This document shows, piece by piece, positions 61,951 to 64,000 of a stretch of 64,000 bases of DNA. The stretch is from Escherichia coli (lineage in GTDB: Bacteria > Pseudomonadota > Gammaproteobacteria > Enterobacterales > Enterobacteriaceae). The stretch is from assembly GCF_013315695.1 (NCBI RefSeq), contig NZ_CP054353.1, one strand, 5' to 3'. Under the pieces are notes generated by a model. The model ran no database searches, was not told the origin of the DNA, and was given only the letters and a program-made list of their open reading frames with translations. Both the position numbers and the translations under genes were made by a program. Position 1 is the stretch's first letter. Every line of letters starts with the position of its first letter.

Positions 61951-62550
61951 ATGCGTAAACTTTATGCCGCCATTTTGTCCGCAGCCATTTGTCTGGCCGT
62001 ATCCGGTGCGCCTGCATGGGCATCTGAACATCAGTCCACGCTGAGCGCGGGGTATCTTCATGCCCGGACCAACGTTCCCGGCAGTGATGATCTGAACGGG
62101 ATTAACGTGAAATACCGTTATGAGTTTACGGATACGCTGGGGCTGGTGACGTCATTCAGCTATGCAGGAGACAAGAATCGCCAGCTGACCCGTTACAGCG
62201 ATACCAGCTGGCATGAAGATTCCGTGCGTAACCGCTGGTTCAGCGTGATGGCGGGGCCGTCTGTGCGCGTGAATGAATGGTTCAGCGCGTATGCGATGGC
62301 GGGTATGGCTTACAGCCGTGTTTCGACTTTTTCCGGGGATTACCTTCGCGTAACTGACAACAAGGGGAAAACGCACGATGTGCTGACCGGAAGTGATGAC
62401 GGTCGCCACAGCAACACGTCTCTGGCGTGGGGGGCTGGCGTGCAGTTTAACCCGACCGAATCCGTGGCCATTGATATTGCTTATGAAGGTTCTGGCAGTG
62501 GTGACTGGCGCACTGACGGTTTCATCGTGGGTGTCGGTTATAAATTCTGA
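61951..62550 (+). CDS. lom: Ail/Lom/OmpX-family outer-membrane protein (moron)
   Basis: 199 aa, signal peptide, C-terminal …YEGSGSGDWRTDGFIVGVGYKF. Confidence 0.85.
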   Translation: MRKLYAAILSAAICLAVSGAPAWASEHQSTLSAGYLHARTNVPGSDDLNGINVKYRYEFTDTLGLVTSFSYAGDKNRQLTRYSDTSWHEDSVRNRWFSVMAGPSVRVNEWFSAYAMAGMAYSRVSTFSGDYLRVTDNKGKTHDVLTGSDDGRHSNTSLAWGAGVQFNPTESVAIDIAYEGSGSGDWRTDGFIVGVGYKF

Positions 62551-62614
62551 TTAGCCAGGTAACACAGTGTTATGACAGCCCGCCGGTTCAGGTGGGCTTT
62601 TTTGTGGGGGGAAT

Positions 62615-64000
62615 ATGGCAGTAAAGATTTCAGGTGTACTGAAAGACGGCACAGGAAAACCGGTACAGAACTGCTCAATCCAGCTGAAAGCAAAACGTAA
62701 CAGCACCACGGTGGTAGTGAACACGCTGGCCTCAGAAAATCCGGATGAAGCCGGGCGTTACAGTATGGATGTTGAGTATGGCCAGTACAGCGTTATCCTG
62801 CTGGTTGAAGGTTTTTCGCCTTCACATGCCGGGACCATCACCGTGTATGAAGATTCTAAGCCGGGGACGCTGAATGATTTTCTCGGTGCCATGACGGAAG
62901 ATGATGTCATGCCGGAGGCATTGCGTCGTTTTGAGGAAATGGTGGAAGAAGCGGCACGCAACGCTGAAGCCGCCTCTCAGAGCGCAGCGGCGGCAAAGAA
63001 ATCCGAAACTGCAGCGGCATCATCGAAGAACGCGGCGAAAACCTCAGAAACGAATGCAGCTAATAGTGCACAGGCGGCAGCGACCTCAAAGACTGCATCG
63101 GCAAACTCCGCGACAGCAGCCAAAAAATCAGAAACCAACGCGAAAAATAGCGAGACAGCCGCAAAGACGAGCGAAACCAACGCAAAGTCCAGCCAGACGG
63201 CAGCGAAAACCAGCGAAACGAATGCCAAAGCCAGTGAAACTGCGGCAAAAAACAGCCAGGTTGCAGCAGCCCAAAGCGAGAGCGCGGCAGCCGGTTCTGC
63301 GACTTCAGCAGCTGGATCAGCAACTGCTGCGGCTAACAGCCAGAAAGCTGCGAAGACGAGTGAAACTAACGCAAAGTCCAGCCAGACGGCAGCGAAGACC
63401 AGCGAAACGAATGCCAAAGCCAGCGAAACTGCGGCGAAAAACAGTCAGGATGCAGCAGCCCAAAGCGAGAGTGCTGCAGCTGGTTCTGCAAGCGCGGCGG
63501 CTGCTTCTGCCACTGCATCAGCCAACAGTCAAAAAGCAGCAAAAACCAGTGAAACCAATGCAAAGACAAGCGAGACTGCAGCGGCGAACTCGGCGAAAGC
63601 ATCGGCAGCAAGCCAGACAGCAGCTAAAGCAAGTGAAGACGCAGCCAGAGAGTATGCAAGTCAGGCAGCAGAGCCGTATAAATATGTCTTACAGCCACTG
63701 CCTGATGTGTGGATACCGTTTAACGATTCACTGGATATGATTACGGGCTTTTCGCCGTCATATAAAAAAATTGTTATTGGTGATGATGAAATAACGATGC
63801 CTGGCGACAAGGTTGTTAAGTTTAAACGCGCATCAACTGCCACATATATCAATAAATCAGGCGTATTTAGTGTTGCTAAAATTGATGAGCCACGATTTGA
63901 AAAAGAAGGTTTATTGATTGAAGGACAGCGCACTAACTATTTTGTTAAATCCAATACTCCCGCTGAATGGACGAGTACCAGCAATATCGATAAAACTAAT
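62615..64000 (+). CDS. stf: side tail fibre protein, 5' portion (continues beyond window)
   Basis: Open frame from MAVKISGVLKDGTGKPVQNCSIQLKAKRN with no stop before the window end; repetitive (S/T)ETNAK(A/S/T) shaft repeats. Confidence 0.85.
   Translation, partial: MAVKISGVLKDGTGKPVQNCSIQLKAKRNSTTVVVNTLASENPDEAGRYSMDVEYGQYSVILLVEGFSPSHAGTITVYEDSKPGTLNDFLGAMTEDDVMPEALRRFEEMVEEAARNAEAASQSAAAAKKSETAAASSKNAAKTSETNAANSAQAAATSKTASANSATAAKKSETNAKNSETAAKTSETNAKSSQTAAKTSETNAKASETAAKNSQVAAAQSESAAAGSATSAAGSATAAANSQKAAKTSETNAKSSQTAAKTSETNAKASETAAKNSQDAAAQSESAAAGSASAAAASATASANSQKAAKTSETNAKTSETAAANSAKASAASQTAAKASEDAAREYASQAAEPYKYVLQPLPDVWIPFNDSLDMITGFSPSYKKIVIGDDEITMPGDKVVKFKRASTATYINKSGVFSVAKIDEPRFEKEGLLIEGQRTNYFVKSNTPAEWTSTSNIDKTN

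Noticed and set aside
62901-63740. 279-aa plus-strand ORF and 146-aa minus-strand ORF rich in Arg/Gln/Pro or Ala/Val
   Set aside because: Alternative frames of the repetitive stf shaft region; the stf frame starts at 62615 and is the coding frame.

Overview
This 64 kb window is an Escherichia coli-type chromosome segment that runs from core metabolism into a lambdoid prophage, cut twice by IS1. In order: ybbP (5' partial), REP cluster, selU (ybbB), the allantoin/glyoxylate cluster (allS, allA, allR, gcl, hyi, glxR, ybbW, allB, ybbY, glxK), IS1 copy 1 joined directly to a 5'-truncated fdrA (allE-allC-allD appear to be missing), ylbE, ylbF, carbamate kinase-like ybcF, REP cluster, purK-purE, lpxH, ppiB, cysS, ybcI, ybcJ, folD, the sfmACDHF fimbrial operon, fimZ and tRNA-Arg (argU). 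Downstream of argU is a defective mosaic prophage: DLP12-type integrase/excisionase, a short early-left accessory operon, a truncated gene abutting IS1 copy 2, an intact porin moron (nmpC-like), a phage-21-type lysis cassette (pinholin, SAR endolysin, Rz/Rz1), two small accessory cassettes, cos, and a near-lambda morphogenetic block Nu1 through J, lom and the 5' part of stf. No N/cI/cro/O/P/Q genes are present between int and the lysis genes. No CRISPR array or rRNA was seen. The most novelty-prone loci are the small uncharacterised cassettes next to cos and int; their functions are inference only. All calls come from reading the ORF translations and DNA by eye against remembered protein families; no database search was run.
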